DNA of 64,000 nt from Acidimicrobiales bacterium (GCA_050010495.1 JBEKKW010000003.1:13051-77050), one strand, 5' to 3'; shown: positions 8,480-19,182, counted from the first letter of the stretch. A program made the numbers and translations. The notes: generated by a model not told the origin, from the sequence alone.

Positions 8480-9204
8480 GCATGCTGGAGTTGAGGAACG
8501 TCTCGAAGGTCTACGGCGAGGGCGCCACTGAAGTCGACGCCATCAGCAACATCGACCTCACGGTCGATCGTGGATCGTTGGTGGCGATCATGGGGCCGAG
8601 TGGCTCGGGAAAGTCCACCTTGTTGACCATCGCGGGGAGCCTCGAGCAGCCCACCACCGGTGACGTCTTGGTCAACGGCAAGAACGTGGTGGGCATGTCG
8701 CGCAACGACAAGGCTCGGCTGCGCCGTCGAACGATCGGCTACGTGTTTCAGGACTTCAACCTGCTCGCGGGTCTGACGGCCGTCGAGAACGTCTCACTGC
8801 CATTGGAGCTTGACGGGATATCGATGAAGAAGGCGCGAGCGCAGGGCATGGCCGCGCTCGACGAACTAGGTCTGGCGGACCGCGCCGAGAGCTATCCCGA
8901 TCAGCTCTCCGGTGGGGAGCGTCAGCGCGTGGCCATCGCCCGGGCCGTCGTGGGTGAGCGGAGTCTCCTCCTCGCCGATGAGCCATCGGGCGCCCTCGAC
9001 TCCATCAACGGCGAAGCCGTGATGCGGATGATCCTGAGCGCCTGCCACGGCGGCGTCGCCGCTCTGGTCGTGACCCACGACGCGAAGCTGGCCTCGTGGG
9101 CCGACCGCGTCGTCTTTCTTCGTGACGGAAAAGCCGTCGACGAGACGTTGCCCGCGATGCGTCCCGAGGATCTCCTCGACGCGGCGAACACCTCGGATTC
9201 ATGA
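8476..9204 (+). CDS. ABC transporter ATP-binding protein (MacB/FtsE-like)
   Basis: Walker A GPSGSGKST, signature LSGGERQRVAIARA, Walker B LLLADEPSGALD, H-loop VVTHD. Confidence 0.95.
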   Translation: MSMLELRNVSKVYGEGATEVDAISNIDLTVDRGSLVAIMGPSGSGKSTLLTIAGSLEQPTTGDVLVNGKNVVGMSRNDKARLRRRTIGYVFQDFNLLAGLTAVENVSLPLELDGISMKKARAQGMAALDELGLADRAESYPDQLSGGERQRVAIARAVVGERSLLLADEPSGALDSINGEAVMRMILSACHGGVAALVVTHDAKLASWADRVVFLRDGKAVDETLPAMRPEDLLDAANTSDS

Positions 9205-11705
9205 CGTCAGACGCCCCCAGCGATCGCCATTCGGAGGACGGGGGCCTGCCCGCACGGCGAGCCGTGACTCGATGGGCGTGGCGGTTGCTGCGACGCGAGT
9301 GGCGACAGCAGTTGCTGGTGTTGGCGCTCATTGCGGTCGCCGTGGCAGTCACCACCGTCGGCGTCGGCGTCTCGACGAACACGCCTCTGTCGCACTACGT
9401 CGGCTTCGGAACGGCACAGGACCTGGCGACCTTCTCAAAGAACGACGCGTCCACCAGATCCACGATCCAGTCGTGGCACCGGCGCTACGGCGCGGTCGAC
9501 GTCATCGACAACGAAACGGTGACGGTGCCGGGGTCCGTGGACACCTTCGAGCTTCGTGCGCAGAATCCCGACGGTCCGTACGGTCGGCCTCTGCTCTCGC
9601 TGGTGTCGGGCCGCTATCCGACGAAGGGGAGCGAGGTGGCGCTGACCTCAGGCGTCGCCTCGGACCTTGATCTGAAGGTGGGTGGTCGCTGGAGCGAGGG
9701 AGGCGTGACCCGCACAGTCGTCGGCATTGTTGAGAATCCGATGAACCTCTTGGACGCGTTCGCGTTGGTGGTGCCGGGGCAGGTGCCGTCACCCACGGAG
9801 GTGACCGTGCTGTTTGATGCCCCCGTCGGTCGCAAATCGCTCGGCAGCAACGTGATCACGCCAGCATCGGTGGCGCAATCCAACCTCCTCAACCCCGAGA
9901 CCATCTCCATCGTGCTCGTCACGATGGCGATGCTCCTGATTGCGCTGGTCGCCATCGCGGGCTTCACGGTGCTGGCCCAGCGCCGCCTGCGCTCGATCGG
10001 GATGCTCGGCGCGCTAGGCGCCACCGATCAGCACATCCGACTGGTAGTGCGCGCCAACGGCGTGTTCGTGGGACTGGTGGGGGCCGTCATCGGCTTCGTC
10101 GTGGGCTTCGCGGCGTGGGCGGCCTATCGACCAATCTTGGAATCGAGCGCCCATCACGTCGTCGGCCTGTTCGCCTTACCGTGGTTGGTCATCGTAGTGT
10201 CCGTCGTACTCGCCGTGGCGGCCGCATATTTCGCCTCGACGAGACCCGCACGGGCCATGACCCGAATCTCGACGGTTTCGGCGCTCGCCGGACGCCCGGC
10301 TCCGCCGAGGCAGTTACACCGCACCGCGGTTCCCGGCATCGTATTAGGTGTCGTGGCCTTTTTTCTGCTGGGCGCGGCCGGTGCGAGTGGCGGGCAGGGG
10401 GATGGCGTGGGGGAGTTGGCCCTCGGATTCGTCTCGTTGACCATCGCGGTCGTGCTGCTCTCGCCCTTCCTACTCACCCTGCTCGATCGATTCTCCCGTC
10501 GAGCACCGCTGGCGATTCGCATGGCGACGCGAGACCTCGCCCGTTACCGGGCCCGTTCGGGATCGGCCCTGGGCGCGATCAGTGTCGGCGTGCTGATCGC
10601 GATGGTCGTCATAATCGCGTCGGCGGCGCGCTTTGGCAACGTGCTCGATTACGCCGGCCCCAACATCTCATCGACACAACTGCTCATCTACACGCCGAAC
10701 GGCCCCTACGGGCCGGGCGGGCCCGGCAACGTCGGGGCCGGGAGTGGCACGTCCGCGCCATCGCTGACGTCAATGGCCCGCAGTGCGCGCGACATCGCGA
10801 CCGCCCTGGGCGCCCACGAAATGATCAAGCTCGAGACCACCAGCGCGACCCTGCAACACGCCGCGCCTGGACGCAGTTACTCCGGACCGCTCTACGTCGC
10901 GACGCCACAACTGCTCAAGGCCTTCGGGATCAAGAAGTCCACGATAGACCGGACCACCGAGATCCTCTCGATGCGACCTGGTTTCGCTGGGCTCAGCAAG
11001 ATGCAGATTGTCTACGGGAACTACTACAGCAGTGAGGGTAAGGGAGGGCCCGGCGGCAATCAATGGCCCTGCCCCAAGAGTGATTGCTTCGCGAATCCCT
11101 CCATGCAGGAAATCAGCGCCTTGCCCTCGGGGACCTCTGCGCCTAACACGGTCATTACTGAGTACGCGGTTCAGCAACTCGGCCTCACGCCCATCACGTC
11201 CGGGTGGCTGGTCGAGACGTCCAAGCCGTTGAGCGCGGCGCAGCTCACGGGCGCCCGGGGCACTGCCGAGGCGGCCGGACTCAGCATCGAGAGCAAGTCG
11301 AGCATTCCCACGTCGGCCGCCATCATCGATTGGGCCACCCTGGTCGGGATCCTCCTCGCACTGGGAATACTGGCCATGACGATCGGCCTGATTCGAAGCG
11401 AGACGGCAGGCGATCTGCGCATCCTCGCGGCGACTGGGGCCAGCAGTCGTACGAGGCGCAGCCTGACGGGGGCAACGGCGGGGGCCCTGGCTCTCGTCGG
11501 CGCCGTGGTCGGCACGGCTGCGGCCTACCTTGCGATGTTCGGCTTCAGCCGCACGAATGCCTTGGACGGGATCAGCTCGCTGGCGTCGGTTCCGGTGGCG
11601 AACCTGTTGACGATTCTGGTGGCGATGCCCGTCGTGGCGGCGATAGTCGGATGGCTCGCGGCCTGGCGTGAACCGCCAGGCCGTTCCGGGCAGGTCATTC
11701 AGTAA
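9201..11705 (+). CDS. ABC transporter permease with two FtsX domains (834 aa)
   Basis: Two copies of the FtsX pattern (RRLRSIGMLGALGATDQHIR... and AGDLRILAATGASSRTRR...), each followed by TM helices. Start overlaps the ATPase stop. Confidence 0.9.
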   Translation: MTSDAPSDRHSEDGGLPARRAVTRWAWRLLRREWRQQLLVLALIAVAVAVTTVGVGVSTNTPLSHYVGFGTAQDLATFSKNDASTRSTIQSWHRRYGAVDVIDNETVTVPGSVDTFELRAQNPDGPYGRPLLSLVSGRYPTKGSEVALTSGVASDLDLKVGGRWSEGGVTRTVVGIVENPMNLLDAFALVVPGQVPSPTEVTVLFDAPVGRKSLGSNVITPASVAQSNLLNPETISIVLVTMAMLLIALVAIAGFTVLAQRRLRSIGMLGALGATDQHIRLVVRANGVFVGLVGAVIGFVVGFAAWAAYRPILESSAHHVVGLFALPWLVIVVSVVLAVAAAYFASTRPARAMTRISTVSALAGRPAPPRQLHRTAVPGIVLGVVAFFLLGAAGASGGQGDGVGELALGFVSLTIAVVLLSPFLLTLLDRFSRRAPLAIRMATRDLARYRARSGSALGAISVGVLIAMVVIIASAARFGNVLDYAGPNISSTQLLIYTPNGPYGPGGPGNVGAGSGTSAPSLTSMARSARDIATALGAHEMIKLETTSATLQHAAPGRSYSGPLYVATPQLLKAFGIKKSTIDRTTEILSMRPGFAGLSKMQIVYGNYYSSEGKGGPGGNQWPCPKSDCFANPSMQEISALPSGTSAPNTVITEYAVQQLGLTPITSGWLVETSKPLSAAQLTGARGTAEAAGLSIESKSSIPTSAAIIDWATLVGILLALGILAMTIGLIRSETAGDLRILAATGASSRTRRSLTGATAGALALVGAVVGTAAAYLAMFGFSRTNALDGISSLASVPVANLLTILVAMPVVAAIVGWLAAWREPPGRSGQVIQ

Positions 11706-11848
11706 CACCATCTGTCTCGCCCCCAAAGTCACCATGCACGATGTTGGTGCGGATCACATATCAATGACGAGCCGACCTCATTGTTCAAACTCCAGTCCGG
11801 CGATGACCGGGCAGGACATTAGGAGAGTCCCCGATCGGTGAATGGTGC

Positions 11849-11893
11849 TTGACGGCAGCGGAGGTACTTAGTAGGTTGTCCGACGTCAGACAA
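11849..11893 (+). promoter_or_regulatory. Promoter plus HutC/GntR-type operator in front of the frl-like operon
   Basis: TTGACG (11849-11854), 17 nt, then TAGGTT (11872-11877). The near-perfect 18-bp palindrome TTGTCCGAC/GTCAGACAA (11876-11893) overlaps the -10. GAGGAGGA RBS precedes GTG 11939. Confidence 0.45.
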
Positions 11894-11938
11894 ATGCGGC
11901 TGGGCCCCCGCCACCGCTCCATCTAGAGGAGGAACACG

Positions 11939-13546
11939 GTGTCACACTTTTCTTGGCAAAGGCTGGGATTGATCGCGAGCAGTCTGGGTCTACTCGCGTC
12001 GACGACGCTCGCAGCGCTTTCGGGGCCGACTGTCGCCGGTGCTTCGACGTCGCAGAGCCTTACGTGGGGAATTACGTCTAATGACCCGTCTCTCGACCCA
12101 GGACTGGTGTACGCCATCGACCCCAACATCATCACGGCGGCGATGTGCAACTCGTTGCTGCAGTTCGGACCCCAGGGTCAGTTGGAGCCCGAACTGGCAT
12201 CGTCGTGGAAGCAGACCAGTCCCACCTCCTACGTCTACAACCTCGTGCACAACGCCCGGTTCTGGGACGGGAACCCCGTCACTGCGGCCGACGTCGCCTT
12301 CTCGGTGAATCGCATCGCGAGCGCGAAGTTGGCGAGTCCTCTCCTGTCCCTCTACCAGACCGGCGACCTGAAGAAGGCGGTCGTCTCGGGCAAATGGCAG
12401 GTGACCATTGAACTCAACGCGCCCAACCCCATCGCCCAGGACCTACCCGCCACTCCGGTCGGCCAGGTCGTCGAAGAGAGCGTGGTGAACAAGTACGGTT
12501 CGTCCTTCGGCTCGACGCCGGCCAAGTCCATGTGCAGTGGGCCGTTTCGTCCCGTGACCTACGTCAATGGGTCCGAAACGGTCCTTGACGCCGTGCCGAA
12601 CTACTGGGACGCCGCGGCCGCCCCGAAGATCAAGAGCATCACGTTCGAGCAGGTGAACGACGCGGAGGCCCTGATCGCCGGTTTGCGAAGCGGAACGATT
12701 AACGGGACCTACGACCTGCCGGCCCGTGACGCCTCGACGTTGGCGTCGGACTCGAGCCTCAAAGTGAACATGGTTCCCTACGGCGGCGACGCCAACTACA
12801 TCAGTCCGAACGTCGAGAAGGGACCGTTCGCCAACGCCCTCGTGCGTCGGGCGTTCAACCTGGCGGTTCCGCGCAGTGCCTTGGCCTTCGCCGTGGACGG
12901 CACGAACGGTCGCCCGCTGAAGGACATCGAGACGCCCGCACTGTTCACCCAGGACACGTCGTTGTACATGGCGGCCTACAATGCCCTCCCTAACCCCGAC
13001 ACCGCGAACGTGGCCGAGGCGAAGAAGCTCATCGCGCAGGCGCACGCCAAAGGTGAAACCGTGACCATCGCGGTGGAGTCTTCGCTGACCTCTGACACGG
13101 TGTCGGCGGCTCTGCAGCAGATCGGTCAATCGATTGGTCTCAACGTGAAGATCGACAAGTTGACCCCATCAGCCTTCGGCAACGTCAGTTACAGCGCCAC
13201 CTGCCCCCGTTCGGTCAATGCCCTGCTCAACTGGTGGAACCCCGACTTCCCGGCTCCGTCGGCGGAGATCGTGCCGCCGTTGGCCAGCAACTATTCGGAC
13301 GTCTCGTGCTACTTCTCCAAGACCTTCAATGCGTTGCGTGCCCAGTGGGCCGCTACCGCTAATGGATCGGTGGCCCAGGCCAACGCGACGATCGCCATGA
13401 TGAAGCAGCTGACCAAAGACGACGTGTACATACCCCTGTACTCTGACCCGCTGGTCATGGTGGAGCCGTCGAACCTCGCGGGGTACACCCAGACGCAGGT
13501 GTTCGTCTATCAAGACTTCCCCGACCAGGTGCACTTCACATCGTAA
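11939..13546 (+). CDS. ABC substrate-binding protein, family 5 (peptide/opine/nickel type)
   Basis: Signal-peptide-like N-terminus, ~535 aa, with Dpp/Opp-like blocks (DP..LVYAIDPNI, SWKQTSPTSYVYNL..ARFWDG). Confidence 0.9.
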   Translation: MSHFSWQRLGLIASSLGLLASTTLAALSGPTVAGASTSQSLTWGITSNDPSLDPGLVYAIDPNIITAAMCNSLLQFGPQGQLEPELASSWKQTSPTSYVYNLVHNARFWDGNPVTAADVAFSVNRIASAKLASPLLSLYQTGDLKKAVVSGKWQVTIELNAPNPIAQDLPATPVGQVVEESVVNKYGSSFGSTPAKSMCSGPFRPVTYVNGSETVLDAVPNYWDAAAAPKIKSITFEQVNDAEALIAGLRSGTINGTYDLPARDASTLASDSSLKVNMVPYGGDANYISPNVEKGPFANALVRRAFNLAVPRSALAFAVDGTNGRPLKDIETPALFTQDTSLYMAAYNALPNPDTANVAEAKKLIAQAHAKGETVTIAVESSLTSDTVSAALQQIGQSIGLNVKIDKLTPSAFGNVSYSATCPRSVNALLNWWNPDFPAPSAEIVPPLASNYSDVSCYFSKTFNALRAQWAATANGSVAQANATIAMMKQLTKDDVYIPLYSDPLVMVEPSNLAGYTQTQVFVYQDFPDQVHFTS

Positions 13547-13607
13547 GATTTCGGTCCGAGGGCGGACGTGCACCGGCAACAGAGGTCAATCGAAAGGTTG
13601 GTGCTTG

Positions 13608-14363
13608 ATGACAGCGGTAGTTACCGGCGCCGCGACCGGGATTGGCGCCGCCATTGCGCGAGCACTGGCGCAGGCCGGGCATCGAGTGGCCGTCACGGAC
13701 CTCGATGTCGAGGCCGCGGAGCGCACGGCGGCCTCCATCGAGGGTGCGGTGCCGTTCCCGTTGGACGTTCGGAGCCGTAGGTCGATCGAGTCGGCGTGCC
13801 GTGACGCGGTCCACGCGCTAGGGCCCCTCGATGTCTGGGTGTCGTGTGCTGGTGTATCGTCCATGGCGCGCTTCGTCGACCTGACCGACGAGGAGATTGA
13901 TCTGAATTTCGACGTCAACGCTCGCGGCGCCCTGATCAGCGGTCAGACCGCGGCGCGACAGTTCATCGACCAGGGGGGCGGCGGCTCCATCATCAATGTC
14001 GCGTCCATGGCGGGTAAGCGGGGCGGGGTTCCCTATCTCGCCCACTACGTCGCGTCGAAGTTCGCGGTCGTCGGGCTGACACAGGCGATGGCGTGCGAAC
14101 TCGCGCCCTACGCAATCCGAGTGAACAGCGTGTGCCCGGGGTATGTTCGCACCGGGATGCAGGACCGAGAGATCGTGTGGGAGGCGGAATTGAAGGGGAT
14201 CTCGGCGAGCGAAGTCGTTGATTTCTACGTGGCCGACACGCCGTTGCGACGTCTGCAGACACCTCAGGAGGTGGCGTCCGTGGTCGTGTTCCTGGCGAGT
14301 GACGAGGCGATGTCCATAACCGGAGAGAGCGTCGCCATCAACGGCGGCAGCTTCATGGACTGA
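13608..14363 (+). CDS. SDR-family oxidoreductase
   Basis: Motifs TGAATGIGAAIA, NVAS, YVASKFAVVGLTQ (the YxxxK catalytic motif) and PG.V.T. Confidence 0.9.
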   Translation: MTAVVTGAATGIGAAIARALAQAGHRVAVTDLDVEAAERTAASIEGAVPFPLDVRSRRSIESACRDAVHALGPLDVWVSCAGVSSMARFVDLTDEEIDLNFDVNARGALISGQTAARQFIDQGGGGSIINVASMAGKRGGVPYLAHYVASKFAVVGLTQAMACELAPYAIRVNSVCPGYVRTGMQDREIVWEAELKGISASEVVDFYVADTPLRRLQTPQEVASVVVFLASDEAMSITGESVAINGGSFMD

Positions 14364-14365
14364 TC

Positions 14366-15205
14366 GTGTCCCAGAATCGCTCCGCTCGCAACGGCGAAGG
14401 TCCGGGCCGTGACAAGGCAGCACGGCTCGACCATTTAGGCCCGTCAGGAGCGGCGTTGCGACGAAAGGCCTTGCCCTTGCAGGTCCGTGACAGCATCGCG
14501 ACCCTGGTCGCCGAAGAGATGCGTCCGGGCGATCCATTGCCCAGCGAGATGGCCTTCGCCGAACGTCTGATGGTCAGTCGCTCGACGGTGCGCGAGGCTA
14601 TGAAGTTGCTCGAGCAGGAGGGCCTCGTCGAGACGCGCCGCGGCTCGGGCCGGTTCGCCTCCGCGCTGTCGGGGCTGCACCCCGAGCGACCGATGACCAA
14701 GTTCGAGAGCATCACCAAGATGTTGGCCGAGTTGGGATACGAGTCAACCACGCAGGTCGTGAGCGTGCTGACCCGTGAGAGCACGTCCAGTGAGCAGTTG
14801 GCCTTCGACGTGAAACCGGGCTTCGAGGTGATTGAGACGCGGCGGCTCCGCGAGTACCAGGGTTTGCCCTGTATCTATTCGCTGAATGTCCTCGACCCTC
14901 GAACACTCAACACGAAGGTTGAGGACATTGACTGGCGTGAGTCGGTGGTGCTCATTCTCGAGCGGATGGACCACGAGATCGTGGCGTCCTCGGCCCACAT
15001 CTCGGTGGTGTCGGAGCCTCTCGAGAAAGACGAAGTGTCCCAGATTGGTCCACAGGCCGGTCCGTGGCTCATGGTCGACGAGCAATGCGTGACCCGTCTC
15101 GGTCGGTGCGTACTGATCTCACGCGATTACCACCTGGGAAGCCTGTTCAGTTTCAGCGTCGTCCGTCGGCGCGAAGAGGACTACGGTTTTCCAGGGCCCG
15201 CGTGA
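14366..15205 (+). CDS. GntR-family regulator, HutC/FrlR-like (HTH plus UTRA-like effector domain)
   Basis: HTH PSEMAFAERLMVSRSTVREAMKLLEQEGLVETRRGSGRF, followed by a ~150-aa C-terminal domain of UTRA size. Confidence 0.85.
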   Translation: MSQNRSARNGEGPGRDKAARLDHLGPSGAALRRKALPLQVRDSIATLVAEEMRPGDPLPSEMAFAERLMVSRSTVREAMKLLEQEGLVETRRGSGRFASALSGLHPERPMTKFESITKMLAELGYESTTQVVSVLTRESTSSEQLAFDVKPGFEVIETRRLREYQGLPCIYSLNVLDPRTLNTKVEDIDWRESVVLILERMDHEIVASSAHISVVSEPLEKDEVSQIGPQAGPWLMVDEQCVTRLGRCVLISRDYHLGSLFSFSVVRRREEDYGFPGPA

Positions 15206-15222
15206 GTGGGTCGAGATAGTTC

Positions 15223-16239
15223 GTGCGGGCGGGAGTCTTTCAAGGAGTGGGGGACATAGCGGTCCTGGAGGTTGGCGACCCAACATGTGGTGAGACTGAC
15301 GTGGTCATAGAGGTGGCCAGCTGCGGCGTGTGCGGGACGGATCGGTCAATATTCCGTGGCGAGTACGAGGTGGCGCCCCCCATGATCCTGGGCCACGAGT
15401 ACGTGGGAACGGTGGTCGAGGTCGGCAGGTCCGTCACGAGGTTGGCGATAGGCGATCGGGCGGTCGTCGATCCGAACGTGGTGGACGGTATCTGCTTCTT
15501 CTGCCAAAGGGGTCAGTCCCACCTCTGCAGCGGACTGTCGCCACTCGGCGTAGGGCGACCAGGCGGTTTCGCGCAGTGGTCGTTGGTGCCACAGACGTAC
15601 GCCTACCCGATTCCCGATCAGGTGCCGTTCAGCGACGCCGTTCTCACCGAACCACTGGCCTGTTGCATCAGGGGCATCGACCAGGCGAAGGTGACGGTGG
15701 GTGATGTGGTCGTCGTCTTAGGGGCCGGACCCATCGGCGGTCTGTTGATGCAACTGTCGCGCCTGAGCGGAGCGGCCTTCATCATCTGCGTTGAACCGGC
15801 GCCAGGGCGGCACGAGCTCGCCCGACGAGCCGGAGCCGACGTCGTCTGCCTGCCCGGTGATGCGTCCGGGGCCCTGCGTGAGATTCGCGGTACCGTGGGT
15901 GCCGACGTCGTCGTCGAGGCGTCCGGAACCTTGGCCGGGGCGCAATCAACTTTTTCACTGGTCCGCCGCGGCGGCACCATCTTGCTGTTTGGGGTCTACC
16001 CCCAAGGCGGGGACGTGGCGTTGAGCCCCTTTCACGTGAACGAAGACGAGCTTCGCGTGGTCGGCTCCTTGAACAATCCGAACACTCACTCTCGGGCACT
16101 GGAACTCATGGCCTCGGGTCGCCTGGAGCTGAGGGGCGTGATCAGCCACCATCTCCCCCTTGATGACATCGCCTTCGCGATGGACCTGGATAATTTTGAC
16201 CGGCCGGGCAAGGTCGTCATCGACCTCCTGGCGAGTTGA
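15223..16239 (+). CDS. Zinc-dependent medium-chain alcohol/polyol dehydrogenase
   Basis: Motifs CGVCGTD, GHEYVGTVVEVG, a structural-zinc cysteine cluster (CFFCQRGQSHLC) and GAGPIGG. Confidence 0.9.
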   Translation: MRAGVFQGVGDIAVLEVGDPTCGETDVVIEVASCGVCGTDRSIFRGEYEVAPPMILGHEYVGTVVEVGRSVTRLAIGDRAVVDPNVVDGICFFCQRGQSHLCSGLSPLGVGRPGGFAQWSLVPQTYAYPIPDQVPFSDAVLTEPLACCIRGIDQAKVTVGDVVVVLGAGPIGGLLMQLSRLSGAAFIICVEPAPGRHELARRAGADVVCLPGDASGALREIRGTVGADVVVEASGTLAGAQSTFSLVRRGGTILLFGVYPQGGDVALSPFHVNEDELRVVGSLNNPNTHSRALELMASGRLELRGVISHHLPLDDIAFAMDLDNFDRPGKVVIDLLAS

Positions 16240-16274
16240 CGGATCGAGGGTGGTCGTGATCGGACGCTCGACCG

Positions 16275-17231
16275 GTGCTTAGATACGTCGCCTCGCGAAT
16301 CGCGATGCAGGTCGCCGTCCTGATCGCATCGACGATTATCATCTTCGTCCTGCTGCACCTCGCTCCCGGGAACCCGGCCACGTTGATGAACGGTGGCCAC
16401 CCGCCGTCACCGGCCACCCTCAGGTACTTCAACAAGCTCTATGGCTTCAACCGGCCTCTCCCGGTGCAGTACCTCATCTGGCTGCACAATGTGCTTCGAG
16501 GTGATCTGGGAACTTCGGTGGCCACCCGCACGTCGGTGGCGTCGGTCATTGCGCCGCGGATCGGACTGACCCTTTTCCTCACCATTTACGCGGTGGCCAT
16601 CATGGTCGTGATCGGTGTGCCATTGGGAATCATCAGCGCCGTGTTTCGAAGTGGGCCGTCGGACTTTCTGGCGAGCGTGGGGACCCTCACCTTCACGGCC
16701 ATTCCGACCTACGTCACCGGCGTGGTCATGGCCGTGGTCTTCGGCGTCGAGCTCGCGTGGTTCCCACCCCTGGGTGGCGGCGGCACCGGTTCGTTCCTCA
16801 CCCGGCTGGACCATCTGACCCTGCCGGCCGTGGCGCTCGGTCTCTCCTCCCTGGCCCTGGCGAGTCGCATCACGCGTTCTGCCGTCATCGGGGAATTGGA
16901 GAAGCCCCACGTCACTGGTGCGCGGGCCCGGGGCTTCTCCGGTCCTCGGGTGGTGGCCAAGCACGCAGTTCGTGGCGCGATGGTGCCGGTCGTGACGATC
17001 GTCGGTGCCCAGATTGGCTACCTCTTGGGCGGCGCGGTGGTCATCGAGTACGCCTTCGGGCTCAACGGGTTGGGCACGCTGCTGGTGTCATCGGTGCAGG
17101 GTAAGGACTACGCCGTGGTGCAGGCGATTGCCTTGTTCATCACCGCTGAGTTCTTACTGATCAGTCTGGTGGTGGACCTGCTCTATGGCGTCATCGACCC
17201 GCGGGTTCGCCTCGTCGGGAGGACGGCGTGA
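16275..17231 (+). CDS. ABC permease (DppB/OppB-like)
   Basis: N-terminus LRYVASRIAMQVAVL... and a binding-protein-dependent transport signature region. Overlaps the next gene. Confidence 0.9.
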   Translation: MLRYVASRIAMQVAVLIASTIIIFVLLHLAPGNPATLMNGGHPPSPATLRYFNKLYGFNRPLPVQYLIWLHNVLRGDLGTSVATRTSVASVIAPRIGLTLFLTIYAVAIMVVIGVPLGIISAVFRSGPSDFLASVGTLTFTAIPTYVTGVVMAVVFGVELAWFPPLGGGGTGSFLTRLDHLTLPAVALGLSSLALASRITRSAVIGELEKPHVTGARARGFSGPRVVAKHAVRGAMVPVVTIVGAQIGYLLGGAVVIEYAFGLNGLGTLLVSSVQGKDYAVVQAIALFITAEFLLISLVVDLLYGVIDPRVRLVGRTA

Positions 17232-18118
17232 GCGCGGTCACCGGCGACGTGATGGTCTTCGAGCGAGAAACGCAGTCGCGGGTCGCGGGCGGGCATTTGG
17301 AGGGACTTTTCCAGAGGATCGTCGTCGTGACCAGTGCCGTCATTCTGCTGGCCATCCTGTGCTGCGCGCTGTTCGCTCCGTTGCTGGCTCCCCATAATCC
17401 CAATGCCATCCACCTGTTCGATCCCTACGCTCCGCCGAGCCGGCATTTCCTCTTCGGACAGGACAGCGCGGGGCGGGACATTCTCTCGCGGCTCATCTAC
17501 GGGTCGCGGCTGTCCTTGCTCGGTCCGGCCATTGTGGTCGCCATCGCCTTCGTGCTCGGTGTACCGCTGGGGTTCCTCGCGGCGTACCGAGGAGGCCTGA
17601 CCGACGGCCTGATCTCGCGAGTCTTCGATGTGGTGTTCGCCTTCCCGCCGCTGCTCTTGGCCGTCGTCATCGTGGCCACGTTTGGCGCAAGTTTCATCAC
17701 GGCCGTCTTCGCCGTGGCGGTCACGTACATCCCGTTGATGGGACGGGTGGTGAGGTCCGCCGCGCTGGTCGAGCGTTCGAAGCCGTACGTGGAGGAGTGC
17801 CGTCTCCAGGGTTACGGGGCGTGGCGGATCCTCTTCGTGCATATGATGCCCAACATCGGTAGGGTGCTGGTCAGCCAGACGACGCTGTACTTCGCGTACG
17901 GCCTCCTGGACCTGTCGGCCCTCTCCTTCCTCGGCCTCGGGGCCCAGCCGCCCCAGATCGACTGGGGCGGGATGCTCGAGAACGCGAATCAGGGCGTGTT
18001 CCAGTCTCCGACGGGCGTCATCTTCCCCGCGGTGGCGATTGTGTTGTTGGTGGTATCGCTCAACTTCATCGCCGACTGGGCCTTGGATTACGAGAGTCGA
18101 AAGGAGAGCCGGCGGTGA
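17228..18118 (+). CDS. ABC permease (DppC/OppC-like)
   Basis: Motif LFGQDSAGRDILSRLIYGSR, typical of OppC/DppC. Six predicted TM segments. Confidence 0.9.
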   Translation: MSAVTGDVMVFERETQSRVAGGHLEGLFQRIVVVTSAVILLAILCCALFAPLLAPHNPNAIHLFDPYAPPSRHFLFGQDSAGRDILSRLIYGSRLSLLGPAIVVAIAFVLGVPLGFLAAYRGGLTDGLISRVFDVVFAFPPLLLAVVIVATFGASFITAVFAVAVTYIPLMGRVVRSAALVERSKPYVEECRLQGYGAWRILFVHMMPNIGRVLVSQTTLYFAYGLLDLSALSFLGLGAQPPQIDWGGMLENANQGVFQSPTGVIFPAVAIVLLVVSLNFIADWALDYESRKESRR

Positions 18119-19182
18119 GTGCGAGCGCCAGTGCCGTGACCGCCGCCACTGGGGGCCAATCCTTGAGTCTGCAGGAGGTGACCACCTATCTTCGAGTTGG
18201 CAAGGAACTCAAGCCAGTCATCTTGCGCGTCGACCTGCATATCGATCCCGGTGAGATCGTCGGGCTGGTCGGCGAGTCGGGCAGTGGAAAGTCGATGACC
18301 GCCTTGACAATTGGTGGAGTACTGCCCCGGGGGGCGGTCACCGAAGGGCGACTGTTGCTGGATGGCGAAAACCTCCTGGAGATGCCGCGTAGTCGCCGCC
18401 GAGAGGTGCAGGCCAAAAAGATCGGTTTCGTCTTTCAGGACCCTCGCGCGTACATCGATCCGCTGTGGCGGGTAGGCGACCACATGACCGAAGCGATGCG
18501 AGTCCATCTTGGTCTGTCGCGATCCGAATCGCGAGATCGGGCCATCGAACTTCTTGACGCAGTGGGGATCGACCGACCCGAGCGCCGCATGCACCAATTC
18601 CCTGACGAACTGTCAGGCGGGATGCTCCAGCGAGTGATGATCGCCGGCGCCCTTTCGGTCAATCCATCGGTCCTGTTGGCCGATGAGGCGACGACGGCAG
18701 TTGACGTGACGACACAGGCTGAGATCGTCAAGTTGCTCGCCCGACTCAGCGCGGAACGAGGGCTGTCGGTGTTGTTCATCACCCATGACCTGGCTCTCGC
18801 CGACATCGTGTGCTCGCGGGTCTGCGTCATGTACGCAGGCCGAATCGTCGAAGTGCGCGAGGGCCGTCAGATCTTTGATGACCCGATCCACCCCTACACC
18901 ATCGACCTGCTCGCCGCCCGACCGACGATCCAGCACCGGGTCGCGCGCCTGCCGGTGATCAAGGGTGTTCCCACGAGCGCTATGGATGCGCCATCGGGAT
19001 GCCCTTTTCACCCGCGGTGCCGGTTCGCCCTGGACGAATGTCGAACGGGCGTTCCGGCGATGGTTCCAGTTCGAGGCGGCCTGGCCCGCTGCTTTCGCGC
19101 GCATGAGGACTTGGCGACGCTGGCCCGTGAAGGGTCATCCGCGAGTTCAACGAAGGGCGGTGACGATGCTGCTCGAAGTTGA
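18115..19182 (+). CDS. ABC ATP-binding protein (DppD/OppD-like)
   Basis: Motifs GESGSGKS, LSGGMLQRVMIAGAL and ADEATTAVD, plus the C-terminal oligopeptide-type extension (HPYT..LL...P). Confidence 0.9.
   Translation: MSASASAVTAATGGQSLSLQEVTTYLRVGKELKPVILRVDLHIDPGEIVGLVGESGSGKSMTALTIGGVLPRGAVTEGRLLLDGENLLEMPRSRRREVQAKKIGFVFQDPRAYIDPLWRVGDHMTEAMRVHLGLSRSESRDRAIELLDAVGIDRPERRMHQFPDELSGGMLQRVMIAGALSVNPSVLLADEATTAVDVTTQAEIVKLLARLSAERGLSVLFITHDLALADIVCSRVCVMYAGRIVEVREGRQIFDDPIHPYTIDLLAARPTIQHRVARLPVIKGVPTSAMDAPSGCPFHPRCRFALDECRTGVPAMVPVRGGLARCFRAHEDLATLAREGSSASSTKGGDDAARS

Noticed and set aside
18965-19165. N-terminal extensions suggested by the ORF track. Examples: 18965 for the DppF-like ATPase, 19998 for the SIS protein, 25286 for PhzF, 31638 for LacI, 2620-3711 for the AKR, 45563 for the ECF sigma and 43736 for the secreted protein.
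   Set aside because: The extensions overlap upstream genes or add non-homologous arginine-rich sequence. Internal starts with an RBS restore canonical N-termini.
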